From Ptychomitrium polyphyllum (Eukaryota), in assembly GCA_973851085.1 (NCBI GenBank), contig OZ316775.1:3844001-3908000 (forward strand): a stretch of 64,000 bases of DNA, read 5' to 3'. Of the stretch, positions 39,701 to 51,589 are shown one piece after another. The notes under the pieces were generated by a model that was not told the DNA's origin, did not search any database, and worked only from the letters and a program-made list of their open reading frames with translations. The translations under genes and the position numbers were made by a program. Every line of letters starts with the position of its first letter. The first letter of the stretch is position 1.

Positions 39701-39838
39701 CGCTGGAGGCGACGTGACAGCAGGAGGTGGCGATGGTGGGGACTGAGTAGGAGCTGTTCCACCCAATGGAGGACCTGCGGTGGGTGTTACTGCTGCCATC
39801 AAGCCAACCTTTTGGGCAAATCCAATGAGGCGACCCAT
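36764..39838 (-). CDS. PERK: Proline-rich extensin-like receptor kinase (PERK family), about 880-893 aa; exons 39838-38320, 38189-38032, 37899-37513, 37381-36764
   Basis: Pro/Ser-rich N-terminus with SPPP runs and no signal peptide, a TM helix ([24 protein letters not shown]) followed by RKKKRK, then a kinase domain with [69 protein letters not shown]. Exons splice in frame (2682 nt). Alternative start ATG at 39799. Confidence 0.95.
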
Positions 39839-42801
39839 GTTTGTGAGCCTGAGTTTGGCTCAGAATGCCTGATCACGCCTTCTAATTTCTCAATGCGCTC
39901 CTTCTAAGGTTTTGTTCCTTCGGAACATTCGCGCGTTGAACTGTTGAAGCGACAATGATCACTGGAAAGTGGTCTACACATACCCTGGGCATTTCAAATT
40001 GAGCATTACAATGTCGAAATACCGCTGGCAACAAAGACATTTTTGGTCTTTACTGCTTCTCCATTTAGCCGATCGATCACACACTATGCCATTGCTCTGC
40101 AATTACCCAGGATTACATCTGATTAAATCATCACCCCTGCCATTCTTGTGCGTGGAGCTCACACATCAAACATTAACCTCCAAAAGGCAATTTGCAAGTG
40201 CTTAGTTATTGCTCTGTTCTTGATCACAAGCCAATAGCAGGTTCCAAAATGCAGTAAAGGGATTCTCCGATGAACTTACTTGGTGATGCTGCTGTTACTC
40301 TAAAGGAATGAGATCTTAAGCATAATCCTCAGATCGCATCTCATCACCTCACGCTTCTGCCAACATATTTCTCCTCTGAGAGCCATCAGATGACTTGGAA
40401 GATGTTGTAAGATCTTCTAGAAAATCTCCTCCTTCAACAATTTACATGTCTGCAAACAAATCAATTGAGAACTTCACTATTGAGCACATCAAACAATGGC
40501 GCTTGGGTCATTCACCACCTGTAAGGAATGTAACAAAGTACATATGCTTAACAATGTGAGAGTCCAAAAGCCAAGGGGAACCTCAGATGCGGACCTCTGC
40601 ACGCTATCCTCACCAGCACTGCTACTACGCTTGTCTAACCTGTCCGCATATCCCGCTTGGTTCTGCATTCCACATTCAAACCTCAAATTTCAGAATCCCA
40701 TATTTACATTGCTTGACCCAAGAAGACATCCCCATCATATCAAGTATCTTAGGTCTCTGTAGATGTAGAAACAGCAGCCATCGAGCATTCTATATCTCAT
40801 AAGCCAAATCACCAAAGTGCAAAGTCTGAGATGTGGCCGCTACGATCACACAAGTAGCGTTGAGCACGCTCACTCATCCTTCGACACATGAAAGGACAAT
40901 GTGCGGCACACAAGATCACGGTTTCACGGTTTTCGTCACGAAAACCGAAAGAGGCCTAAGTATTGACACATCTTGTCCACTTGAAGCTCAGCTAGATGAA
41001 GAATAGATCAAGCGATACAGCACTCTCACAGTCGCAGATGTAGCAAGCATCTACCATTCTTTTGCACCGAATCGGTGGCAGACAATGCAAAGCCCAAACT
41101 TACGTGGAAATGTTCCTGATACAAGCTCTCGTGCTACCTGACGCACTCACTTGACATCAACAAGGTTTCCAGAAGAATGCCGCTCAACAAACATGGTCCA
41201 ACTTCTCAGCCACCCAAGCGGATCTAGAAAGGTCCGGATTTCAGAAGGCTTCAAAGCCGGACTTCGACGGAGGCACAGCTCCTTGCGCAGCAGCAAACGC
41301 ACTCAGGACCCTAAATCCAGGCTCTGTGTCCTCCGACACCCGCTCTTTTCTCTATCTCACCAACATAGCCACCATGGCCCCAATACTGGGAGTTGAGCGA
41401 TGGTGGTATGGGCGGGTCCTGGCGCAAAGAGGATCCAGCAATTTCAGCAGCCCCATTATGAGGGTCATGCAACTGCATGATGTTCAGGCCAAGTGAGGCG
41501 ATGAGTGCAACCACAAATAGCACTCCCTCCGATGGCGAAGGCGGGGGCAGGAACGACCAAGTTTCTCATGTGCCTTATTTTAGAAAACGCGTCTCTTTCC
41601 CTGCCATCTCTTTCGCGTCTCTGCTTTCCAAATTTATAGCTTCCTTCCGCTCCTGTCTGCTGCCACTACCTTTCTGGAACCATTACTGGCACGACTTCCG
41701 CGAGATAAAACGCTCTCTTGTTACCAACCGCTTGAAGGCCCACGCCCGCAGCGCATAATAACTTCCACAGGGTCATCACAGATCTCGCCCTCCGATGCCT
41801 TCCGGTGCAGACACCCTGCGCAACTCGTATTTATTTTCTTCTTCTGCCACTTCCCTGTTTACTTGTGAAGTTGCCTCCGAATCCGTCCGTTGCCTCAGTC
41901 CACCATGAGTTAACCAAATCTCGGGCTAATAATGGCTCATTCTCACACAACTGTGAGTAAACCCTTCTGTCACTCGTTTTTGTGATATCAAAACTATCTC
42001 GTTTGGAGAAAAACTTAGCCCTTTCTTAGTTGAAGAGTGACAGGCGAGAACCAGAAATAGAACAAGAGCCTAAACCCGGCAGAAAGCACCGGAACCCAGA
42101 GACTGAAGTATTGACTTACTACAACAGTTCTGAGCAGTATGCTCCATAGCGCTGCGTTATGAGCAGAATGTCCATCCCCCCATATTTGGTCTCCTCGATT
42201 GCCAGAGTAGTCCCTTCTCTTGCATGTGACGATCTGTCAACTCCCACTCAAGTGTCAACTCCCTGGTCGCTTGCCTCAATATGGCGGAGGCTAAAAATAC
42301 GATCTTTAGCCTCCTCGTGACGTAATGGCCTGCTTCCCACACAAATCCCAGCCCATGTTGAACTCTGGAGCGGTCCTCATGCGAGTCGATCGTCACGGTC
42401 GACGTTACGTTAGGTTAAGGTGAATCACGAGTTAATTGTCCTAGAAAGTACTGCATATCTTTAGGGCTGAGGTCGCCGCAGTGGGTCCGCGCCATATAAT
42501 TTCATTGCTAGCACCATCACAGAAGGAGAATTTACCATGGTGTGGTGTAGCAATGATGCAATCAGTCTCTGGTGGGGGGCCTCAATTTGGAGTGCGAAGA
42601 TGGCGGGCAACATGCTTGTCATTTGTGATTCGCCGTGACTTTCACGGTTTCAACTTCCTCTGTTGTAGTCGTGATCGTAATTACGATGATTTCAATTTCC
42701 CAGCAACCAGCATCTACAGCAACCTGGTTTGAAACGATGACCTTCGCAATTGACCTGGATTTTAGGCAAGGTGTAGTGTGATCACAGGAAATGCCAATGC
42801 A

Positions 42802-44283
42802 ATGAGGGAACCTTTGCCTACGCAGCGGCTAAACCTTGAAGAGGTGGGGCAGGATTCATCACCAACGCCACAAGGTGAAGGAGGTGCATCCCCTCATGTG
42901 AAGCTGTCGATGCTGCCGCTGGTTGCCCTAATCTTTTATGAGGTTTCCGGCGGTCCATTTGGGCTGGAGGATTCTGTGAGAGCAGGAGGGCCTCTGTTCG
43001 CATTGCTTGGATTCATCATCGTGCCCTTTGTGTGGTGCATCCCTGAGGCGTTGGTGACAGCGGAACTGGCCACCGCATTTCCAAAGAACGGCGGCTATGT
43101 GGTCTGGATATCAGCGGCGTTTGGGCCGTTTTGGGGGTTCCAGGAGGGATGGTTGAAATGGATGAGCGGGGTGATCGACAACGCGCTCTACCCCGTTCTT
43201 TTCTTAGATTATTTAAAGCGAGGCTTCCCTGCGTTTGCTGCGGGGCCTCCGCGAGTTGCTGCTTTGGCGACAACCACAATTGGGTTGACCTATCTCAACT
43301 ACAGGGGTTTGACGATTGTGGGGAGAACTGCTGTGGCTCTGGCAGTCTTTACGTTGCTTCCCTTTGTTGCGTTTAGCTTGCTGGCTATTCTGAGGATTCA
43401 AATGCAGCGATGGTTTGTGTTGAATCTTCGCAGCATCAACTGGCGGGTGTATCTCAATACGCTTTTCTGGAATCTGAACTACTGGGACAATGTGAGTACA
43501 TTGACAGGGGAAGTGGACAAGCCTTCACAGACTTTACCGAAAGCGCTCTTGTGGGCTGTTGTGGCGGTGACGTTCACTTACATAATCCCGCTTTTGGCCG
43601 GCATCGGGGCAGTGGAACTGGACAGAGCGAAATGGGAGGATGGATACTGGGCAGATTTGGGTCTTGTTATCGGAGGAACGCAACTGAAATGGTGGATCGA
43701 GATTGCGGCGGCACTCTCGAACATGGGCTTGTTCGAGGCTGAGATGAGTAGCAATTCTTTCCAGTTGCTGGGGATGGGGGAGAACGGGCTGTTGCCTCAA
43801 GTGTTTGAGAAGAGGTCCAAGTATGGCACACCCACGTTGGGCATTCTGTGTTCCGCCGCAGGTGTGATAATCCTCTCCTGGATGTCCTTCCAAGAGATCA
43901 TCGAGTTTCTCAACTTCCTCTATTGTTTTGGTATGTTACTGGAGTTTGCGGCTTTCGTTTGGCTGAGAATCCAGCAACCTAATCTCATCAGGCCCTTTTG
44001 TATTCCCCTCAGCACTGTGGGAGTGTGTCTTTTGCTGCTGCCTGCATCAATTTTCCTGGTTGTCATCCTATGCTTGGCCTCTCTGAAGACGGCTGTACTT
44101 GGTGTGTTCATATCCATGCTGGGGTTTGTGGTGTACCCAGGTCTAGAAATCGCCAGGCGGAGGAGATGGTTCAAGTTCACAGCCATTCCCAAGAGTTATT
44201 TCAAGCAGGTTGAAATGGTGGATTCCTCACAGCTGGGTTCAAGTCATGATGCTCATGGGGAAGGGTCTGGGCTCTTGACCTGA
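42802..44283 (+). CDS. Polyamine uptake / L-type amino acid transporter (APC superfamily, PUT/LAT/RMV1 family), coding region uninterrupted
   Basis: Motifs KLSMLPLVALIFYEVSGGPFGLED, PEALVTAELATAFPKNGGYVVW, DNALYPVLFLDYL, LNTLFWNLNYWD, SNMGLFEAEMSS, RSKYGTP and many TM helices. First in-frame ATG is 42802; an upstream exon is possible. Confidence 0.93.
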   Translation: MREPLPTQRLNLEEVGQDSSPTPQGEGGASPHVKLSMLPLVALIFYEVSGGPFGLEDSVRAGGPLFALLGFIIVPFVWCIPEALVTAELATAFPKNGGYVVWISAAFGPFWGFQEGWLKWMSGVIDNALYPVLFLDYLKRGFPAFAAGPPRVAALATTTIGLTYLNYRGLTIVGRTAVALAVFTLLPFVAFSLLAILRIQMQRWFVLNLRSINWRVYLNTLFWNLNYWDNVSTLTGEVDKPSQTLPKALLWAVVAVTFTYIIPLLAGIGAVELDRAKWEDGYWADLGLVIGGTQLKWWIEIAAALSNMGLFEAEMSSNSFQLLGMGENGLLPQVFEKRSKYGTPTLGILCSAAGVIILSWMSFQEIIEFLNFLYCFGMLLEFAAFVWLRIQQPNLIRPFCIPLSTVGVCLLLLPASIFLVVILCLASLKTAVLGVFISMLGFVVYPGLEIARRRRWFKFTAIPKSYFKQVEMVDSSQLGSSHDAHGEGSGLLT

Positions 44284-45436
44284 TCCTCTTGGAAGGCTCT
44301 TGTTTACATGTATTGATGATGTTGATGGCCACATCATTCTCTTTTATATGTAATTGGCGCAAATCTGGAGTCTTGACAGAGTGGAGGAGCGGCCCCAAGT
44401 TGTCCGTTCACATCAAAGTTGTGAGAACAATCGATGTGTATAGGCTGAAGGATCAAAGGGAAGGAGCTTATTGTGGATGATATAGAATGACGAGCTGATA
44501 CACTGTACTCAGTAGAGAACACAAGGATCGCTTACCTCAGGAATGGTTTGGATGATATAATTACCAGCAAACCTGAAGAATGCTGTGGAATTGGCAGCGG
44601 GGAAGATGGGTGCTGCTCAGATAGTCTCCATGGAATGAATTGGGGAGCTCTTGGTGATGGAGCAATCAGCTGGGTGTGCGAGTAGGACGAGGTTTTAAAC
44701 GAAGGTAAGAAGAGCGTAAGGTACTTCACGGAATTGCGTCATGAAAACATTGTCTCGATTGTAAACTAGAAAGTCGAAACTGCTCATGGAAATACTACCC
44801 AAAAGGTCACCAGCATAATGTGCCGATTCATTAAATGGTTGTTGTATTTTGAGCATTGTTGAAGTGAGAGTATCTTCTCATATAGCGAACGATGTCATCA
44901 AGTACTGACCAAGCAAACGACGTTCCTGCATGTCCTAGGCAAACCTGACAGCTTCCCACGTCACATGCTCATTAGGACATGTTGTACTGCGAGCTCAACG
45001 ATCCCTTGTGAAGGTAGCCTGACACAACTGCTTCTCCTGACCCCTGCACTACATAGAAACACATCTACAAAGAAATAGTATGCGTTTATGTATTTGAAAT
45101 GAAATGAACTTCAACAAGGGATAAATTTTCATAGTTTGTTCTAAACAGCAAAACTTGACCCGCCATCCCTGTTTTACTGGGTTGCTACAACATGTTACTT
45201 CTCTTAATGCACATTTTGTAGCTTCTGGCCTACACAATTTGTATAATGGAAAATCTGCACATTTTTTAGTACTCTTGATGATCGTCTCGAGTAATTCTCA
45301 AAGAATTGAAAATCACTAAGTAAATCACTAAGTAAATCAGTCAGGCTCCTGGACGTTTACTTTAATGCTGACATTTGTTGTAGTTGAACAGTACAAAGTA
45401 GACGAAGCAACATGATAACTAACGACTCACAATTTG

Positions 45437-46452
45437 TTACTTTGGCGGATGCATTGTGAACCATGTTTGTGTAGCTGTTAGAAGGAGGAGGATGATGGAT
45501 GCAGTCACACTCACTAAAGTCCATGGTTTAGCAAGTTATGTTGGCCCCTCAAATCACCACATTGATCGGATGATACCTGTTGCTTATGAAGCGCAAGGTG
45601 GTGATACGCCGAATCACTATAATCATACACCGCCACTTTGGGTAACTGCAGTTTTGCACCCTTCAAATACCCATTTCCACTCGGTCTCACATCTCGTAAC
45701 GTCGGTACAGTGCGTACAACACGGATGCCAACTGCCGCCAGCCATGGTTGAGGAGGAGCTGGAGATGGTCAACTAACCTTCTCTCGATGGTCTCGTTATC
45801 AATTTCGCAGAGTAGTCTAATTGCAGATTTAAGCAAATACATGGGAACTTTCTTTTCTATCAGATAGAAATTAGCCCTCTTATCATTACGAGGAATCCAT
45901 TCAATCTTTCATCCAAGGCTTTGAACTCTCTCAAGAAAAGGCTTCAACGATTAACATACCTAAACAGGACAACAAGGAATAGCGCGTCCAAGGTCAAGAG
46001 GTTGTAAACTTCCTGGTCACAAAAGTCGGCAGAACTCAGAATATGCTCGTTTGGCTCTGGTCACATCTCCAACAACGTCACTCGCGAATTTATTCCATGA
46101 ACTACTCCTGGAGGTGAGCTTTGCGTTGAGAATGCAACCTACGTCATATTTGAAGACCTCTGTGGGAGATTTCTTAAATGTGTGACGATGAAAGCCAAGC
46201 TCCACCCCTTATTCTGAAAACTTGCAGGAGACTTCTCTCGCAAGAGTGCGGGCACCTTTTAAGCCTGTCCATTCTGGAATATCCACCATGACAGCCAAAG
46301 CTCCATCTGGACTCGAATTGAGCTACTGAAGCATTTCGATTAGGCTTTCCGCCATGGCATGCCGAACCAGTCTTACGTCTTGAAATCAAACTGTACTCAC
46401 CATTACTCAATATTGCATCGATCTGCACTTGCCTAGAACTTTCTCCAACCAT
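45437..46452 (-). pseudogene. DUF247 family pseudogene
   Basis: Minus-strand fragments in the expected order: VDIPEW...VELGFHRH, SWNKFASDVVGD..RAKRAY, QEVYNLLTLDALFLVVLF, FYLIEKKVPMYLLK, and C-terminal LAKPWTLVSVTASIILLLTATQTWFTMHPPK*. Multiple stops and frameshifts, and the central part appears missing. Confidence 0.75.
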
Positions 46453-49120
46453 TACACCCTAACTAAACCACAAGAATAGAGGAGTGAATACGAGAATTCG
46501 TGAACCTTCTAGTCGGCTGGTGGAGCCCAAATGAGAAGTTCTTCACCTTGACCCATACGACTCGGAGAGACCACGTGGCACTTACAGAGCGTTGACCAGG
46601 CTTCTCACCGACTTAGGTCAAACTGGGGAAAGTATCGAGTTCATTCATTAGTAATTGTTAGGAATCATCGGCCCGGATGGCAACTCAGGAAGATCATGGC
46701 AGGGGCTCGACCAGAGAAGCAATTACATTTTTTACAATGCTCTCAGCGACCAAATTATGGACTAGCCACCTTATTTAAAGACGAGTGTGATTTATTTCCA
46801 ACTGTCGATGTACTATTAGTTGCAGACATGTTGAAATCCTTAAATTATTCTGTCTTATAGAAGCTCTCAGCTTGTACTACATGATTTCATTCTACGTTGT
46901 ATAAAGTTGTTACTTGTTGTGAATCCACAAGCATAGTACAGATGGATTATCTGCTATTTATCGTCCCAGAATCATTGGGCTGTTGAGTCTGAATTTCTCA
47001 AGGCTAAATTAATCTAAAAGGATTTTGTTACTCCTGCGGAATTCCTATACGTATTTGGTCTGGGAGATTCAGAATAACTGTCTAGAAACACGAAATTTGA
47101 GTACCCGCACACTCTATTTCAAATATTCCTGATGTGCACTTCCAAGCAGTGACTTTCAAGACCGAGGCAATATATCAGTAATTTGCATTCAGAGAGCTAT
47201 GCATCAGAATGAGTGACCAAGCACAAAGAACTTGAGGCGAATATATGAAAAAAATTCATTTGGCCTCTTCATTGGTTCAGTTTTCGAACCGGTTTTGGAA
47301 CTCCTACAAAACTCAATGATCACTCCCACCAACTCTTGGCCCATGTGGTTCATCCTAAGATCAAAGATTTATATATCAGCATAGATCTGATTGTCAGAAT
47401 GAAGTTGGAGTAGTACACAGGCAGAGGATAGTAGTTCGAGCATTGGCTTTGGAAAGTTCTACATTGAATTTAAGGCATAGGACAACATGTGGAACTTTTC
47501 TGGAGTAGTAAGTGGTTTAAAAGCACTGATCTCTGTGCAATGTCCATGTATGACTCCACCGGCCAACCAGCCGATCGATGCATGTTGAAACATGAGACTA
47601 ATTGACTCTGTCTAGGTTCTCATCTCACTTTGCCTCGCCTGCCTGAACGATTTATCGGATTGACTGCATCGCGGTCTGTACAATTCAGTTCCACTATATA
47701 AAAGGCGATAAGCAGAAGCAGTACTCTCTACACACGCCGCTGGACCGCTGTCACCACTGGTCCTTTCGAGTTGTTTGATTTCCAGTTATGAATTCGCTAG
47801 CTCTCCAAGTTATTGTGATTCCTTTCTCCTGTCGACTCCCTGATATTTGCTGGATTCAGTGGAATGAAAATGTAGAAACCAACTTACTCATCAGATTGTC
47901 CTGGCAGTTACAGAAACCAAATGTCCGATTCCTGTTTTGTGTGAGTCCTTGTGAAAAGTTTCATGGATCCTTCTGCATGTACCGACGAACCGACAGGCTG
48001 CTTTGTTATTCGTTTTGTTCATAACAAATCAATCTGTTTGTATGAACACCTCCAAAAGTGGATGAATCAGAAAGGTTTTATAAGACACAATATTTGTAAA
48101 AACGTCACATATCCAATGAAAATATCATAAGTAATATTTTCTAGTTGTTAATATAAATATATACTTGGTTAATGAGTAATGGAATGTTACAAATTTTATA
48201 TATGTATTATAAAAGTTTAAAGTTTTGATCAATAGTTTTAGCTTGGCATTTTGAAGAAAATTAGGTTGACTTTCAAAAAAAATGTTATATGAAAATGTGA
48301 TGTTTTCACAAATACTATATATTACCTTGCCAACGTAGCCCACCATGTAGTTGCCATACAAGTAATAGATGCAAGTTGGAAGTGCAAGTGCTAGGATGCA
48401 TACGGGAGATGGGAGGTGATGGAACATGGAGCAGTATGGAATGTAAATATACATCTATTCAATTTCCATCTAAAAATTTGATTTTCTCTAATAACAATTT
48501 AAGATTTCAAACATTCAAAGTATGTACATTTTATTTGATAATTATAAGTACAAGGTGGTTCACAAAATCTACATTAGGAACATATGCAAACAATACTATG
48601 TCTTAAAATTAGTAGTATTCATACCTATGGGTTCATTCTAAATGGTGTAGCAAAAATAATTTTTGGATTGGAAAATTTCAAATTTGTCTGGCAAGCCTAC
48701 CAGTCCTATGACAACCATTAATACTATGGACTTATTTTTAATATTCATACAAGTGAGTGCACCAATCTTGAATGAAACGCATTCCATCTTGGTGTTCCAT
48801 TAGAAAGAGTATTGTTTTCTTTACTTCTTCAAATCATTTATGCTATAGTACCAACAAAAAATGACTTTGCTAATTCAAAGGATGGATGTTCTTCTTGCAT
48901 TCTATCAAGTACAATTTTTTAATTTAAAAGAATATAGGTATAGAATAACTTCAAAGTTAGAAATGAATGCTTTTCTCTTACATCTTTCCATTAATCTTTT
49001 GTTTTATAGCCATAATAAGATGGCTCACTTTCAACCATGTAATTTACCAACTCCCAATTACATATATTAATATAAATTTTTGCTTTTTATTTGGAGAAAA
49101 ATGAAGCATAACATTAGAGG

Positions 49121-49490
49121 TGTTACAGACTTATATATTAGAAGCTTTTAGAAAGGTTCTTAGAAGGTCTTAAGAGGGGCTAAAGAAACTTCCAAAGAAG
49201 TTATCTTGATTAAAAAAGCTTCCAAAGAAGCAACTGAGGTTGTTTGAGTACAAAGAAATGTATTAAAAGCTTTTCAAGAAGCTTATAAGGTTTGTAATCC
49301 TAATATTTATAGGAATTAAAGCTAAAGAAATTTTTAGTCTCGACAATTCATTTCTTGTAGTCTAGCTCAAATCTTCTAGTTCTATTTCTATACTTTGTTA
49401 TAGTTCTTTGTTTCTAATATATTCTGGAAATACTTTATTTTATATTTTAGAGTTCAAAAGCCTTGCCTTATTGTTACTCTGCTTGTAATA
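49121..49490 (+). repeat. 5' LTR of family B element
   Basis: Starts TGTTACAG and ends GTAATA (decayed GTAACA). Homologous to 351-741 (reverse complement) and 62643-~63030. Confidence 0.85.
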
Positions 49491-50286
49491 GGTTTGTCAA
49501 GAATGTCATACAACAATATTAAACCTTGATCTTTCTTGATAGAGAGTAGATTATTCATCGTCTTAGAAATACTATAGCGCAATAGAAGTTGCAAATTACC
49601 TTCCTCTAAACTAGTATTGTCTTTGAATTTTCTTTAATGTTTTATTTATGTAGCCATGTATTTTTTTATTTCTTTTTTTATTTCCATGCCAAAAAGTAAA
49701 AATGTCAATATCATAGATTAAAAAGAAGCTAAATTAGATTCAATTATAAATGCCTTTAAAACATTGAAGATTAAGACGAAGACTTTATTTAATAAAAATA
49801 AAGAATTTCATATAATTATATATAATGGTTAATAAGCAAAAACATCTTATTTGTTATTCCAAATCATCCTAAGTATTCTACTACTTGAACTTTTAATGAA
49901 GAGACACAAATTCAAATTGGCAATTTAATGTCAAGAATAAATGAAACCAAGAATTAGCCTTTCAAAAAAGTTTGACCGTACTTATTCATAATTTTGAGGC
50001 TTTGTAAACTAAACTCAACTTGTTACCTTGCTTCAATTCCAATAATATTTTACAGATGCTTAATGCGTTGGTTTAGTGGAAACAAAACTTTTAAGACAAG
50101 CATTGTCCTAGTTTGCACCACCTTTTGAAAAGAATTCTTCCATACTTAGTAATTTTGATGCATTCTTAGTAGTGTCATGATGAGAGTGGCAGCTATAAGA
50201 AATACAAGGTTTTTTTTAGTACCTCATTGATCAAGGTCAAGATGCATGAAGAATTTCTATTTCTAACATCCAATGAAGCAAATATT

Positions 50287-50932
50287 TGTTAGGGACAAAA
50301 GAAACAAGAAATTGAAACAAAGTGTTTTCCAAGAATTAGCTTCCAAAAAAGCTAATGATTAATAAGAACTTGATACAAAGACTAGAACAAGGCAGGATTC
50401 AAGATGATCCACAACTTGTGTTGGCAAGACTAAAGAATACCTTGTCTTGCCTCCTATTTATACTATGACGTTTGTATCTCCTATGATACTTCTAAAGAAG
50501 CTTTCTATAAGGCTTAAGAATGTTCTAGAAGTCTAGGGAACCTTTCCAAGAAGTTTCCTAAGATGTTGGAACCTTCCTAAGAAGCTTCAAAGGAGTTGGA
50601 ACCTTCTTTGGAAGTTTCCTAAGGCCGCGGAACCTTCCTTGGAAGTTTCCTAAGGTTGTGGAACCTTCTTAGGAAGTTTCTTAAAGAGGTAGAACCTTCA
50701 TAGAAAGTTTTCTAAGGTGATGGAATCTTCATAGGAAATTTTCTAAGAAGTTACCTAAGATGATAGAACCTTCCTAGGAAGTTTCTTAAGGTAGAAGAAT
50801 TTTCTTAGGAAATTTCTTAAGAACATGGAAAGGCTATAGAGACATTTAAAAGTATTCTAAGAAGCTATTGTAGTATACTAGAAGGTGCTAGAATGTTCTA
50901 AGGACTATATTGCATGATCTATGTCCATAACA
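50287..50932 (-). repeat. 3' LTR of family A element
   Basis: TGTTATGG...CCTAACA on the minus strand, immediately after the PPT. Contains ~31-bp internal tandem repeats. Confidence 0.95.
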
Positions 50933-51589
50933 TCACCTCCCCCTTTAGCAACGAGTTCCATGAGGAGTTCTTTTCTTGGCTTATTTGTTACATTTCTACA
51001 AATTCCAAAATTTGTCGAAGGATTGAAGCAATATATTTTGCTCGTTGTTCTTTGTTTGCTGGTTCAACTGGTCCTTTTAAGAAACGCCAATGATCACCAG
51101 CCAAGACTTCTGTTGTTGAAATGTCCCATCCCAAGATCTGATCTTGATTAAGTTCCTCAAAACATCCTCCAAATAAGACTTTGGATCCTCCAAGAGTAAC
51201 TCTTCCAATTTCTAATAAAATGACTAGAGCACAAGCATCTGAATCAAGATTGGAATGTGAAGGGTAACTAGCCAATATTTCTGCACGAGATTGTACTCGA
51301 CGCTGGAATGTTCCTCTCATATTTTGACTTAGATCCTCCGTTACCAATGGTTGAGAAAGTTGAGTTGGCTCAACAGATGCTATTATTGATGAAGGCATGG
51401 CCAACTGCTCGTCACGCATATCTATGATAACACAAAGATTTGACATACTAGCTAGGATCTAAAAATGATCTATCTTGGAAATAATGCTGCATACAATTGG
51501 AGATTTGGATATCTTTCCTCCCTTCTTATACTTGTCTATGAAGGAAAAACTTCTTTGTGAAGCTAATGGCTACTAATGACATATCGTCA

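Noticed and set aside
44532..44729. Short ORF ending at a GTAAG donor downstream of the transporter
   Set aside because: No recognisable homology or partner exons; may be 3' UTR or antisense noise.
45456..45776. 106-aa plus-strand ORF
   Set aside because: Antisense shadow of the DUF247 pseudogene.
50537..50830. CRISPR-like array of ~31-bp palindromic repeats
   Set aside because: No unique spacers and no cas genes. The repeats are degenerate tandem units inside eukaryotic LTRs.
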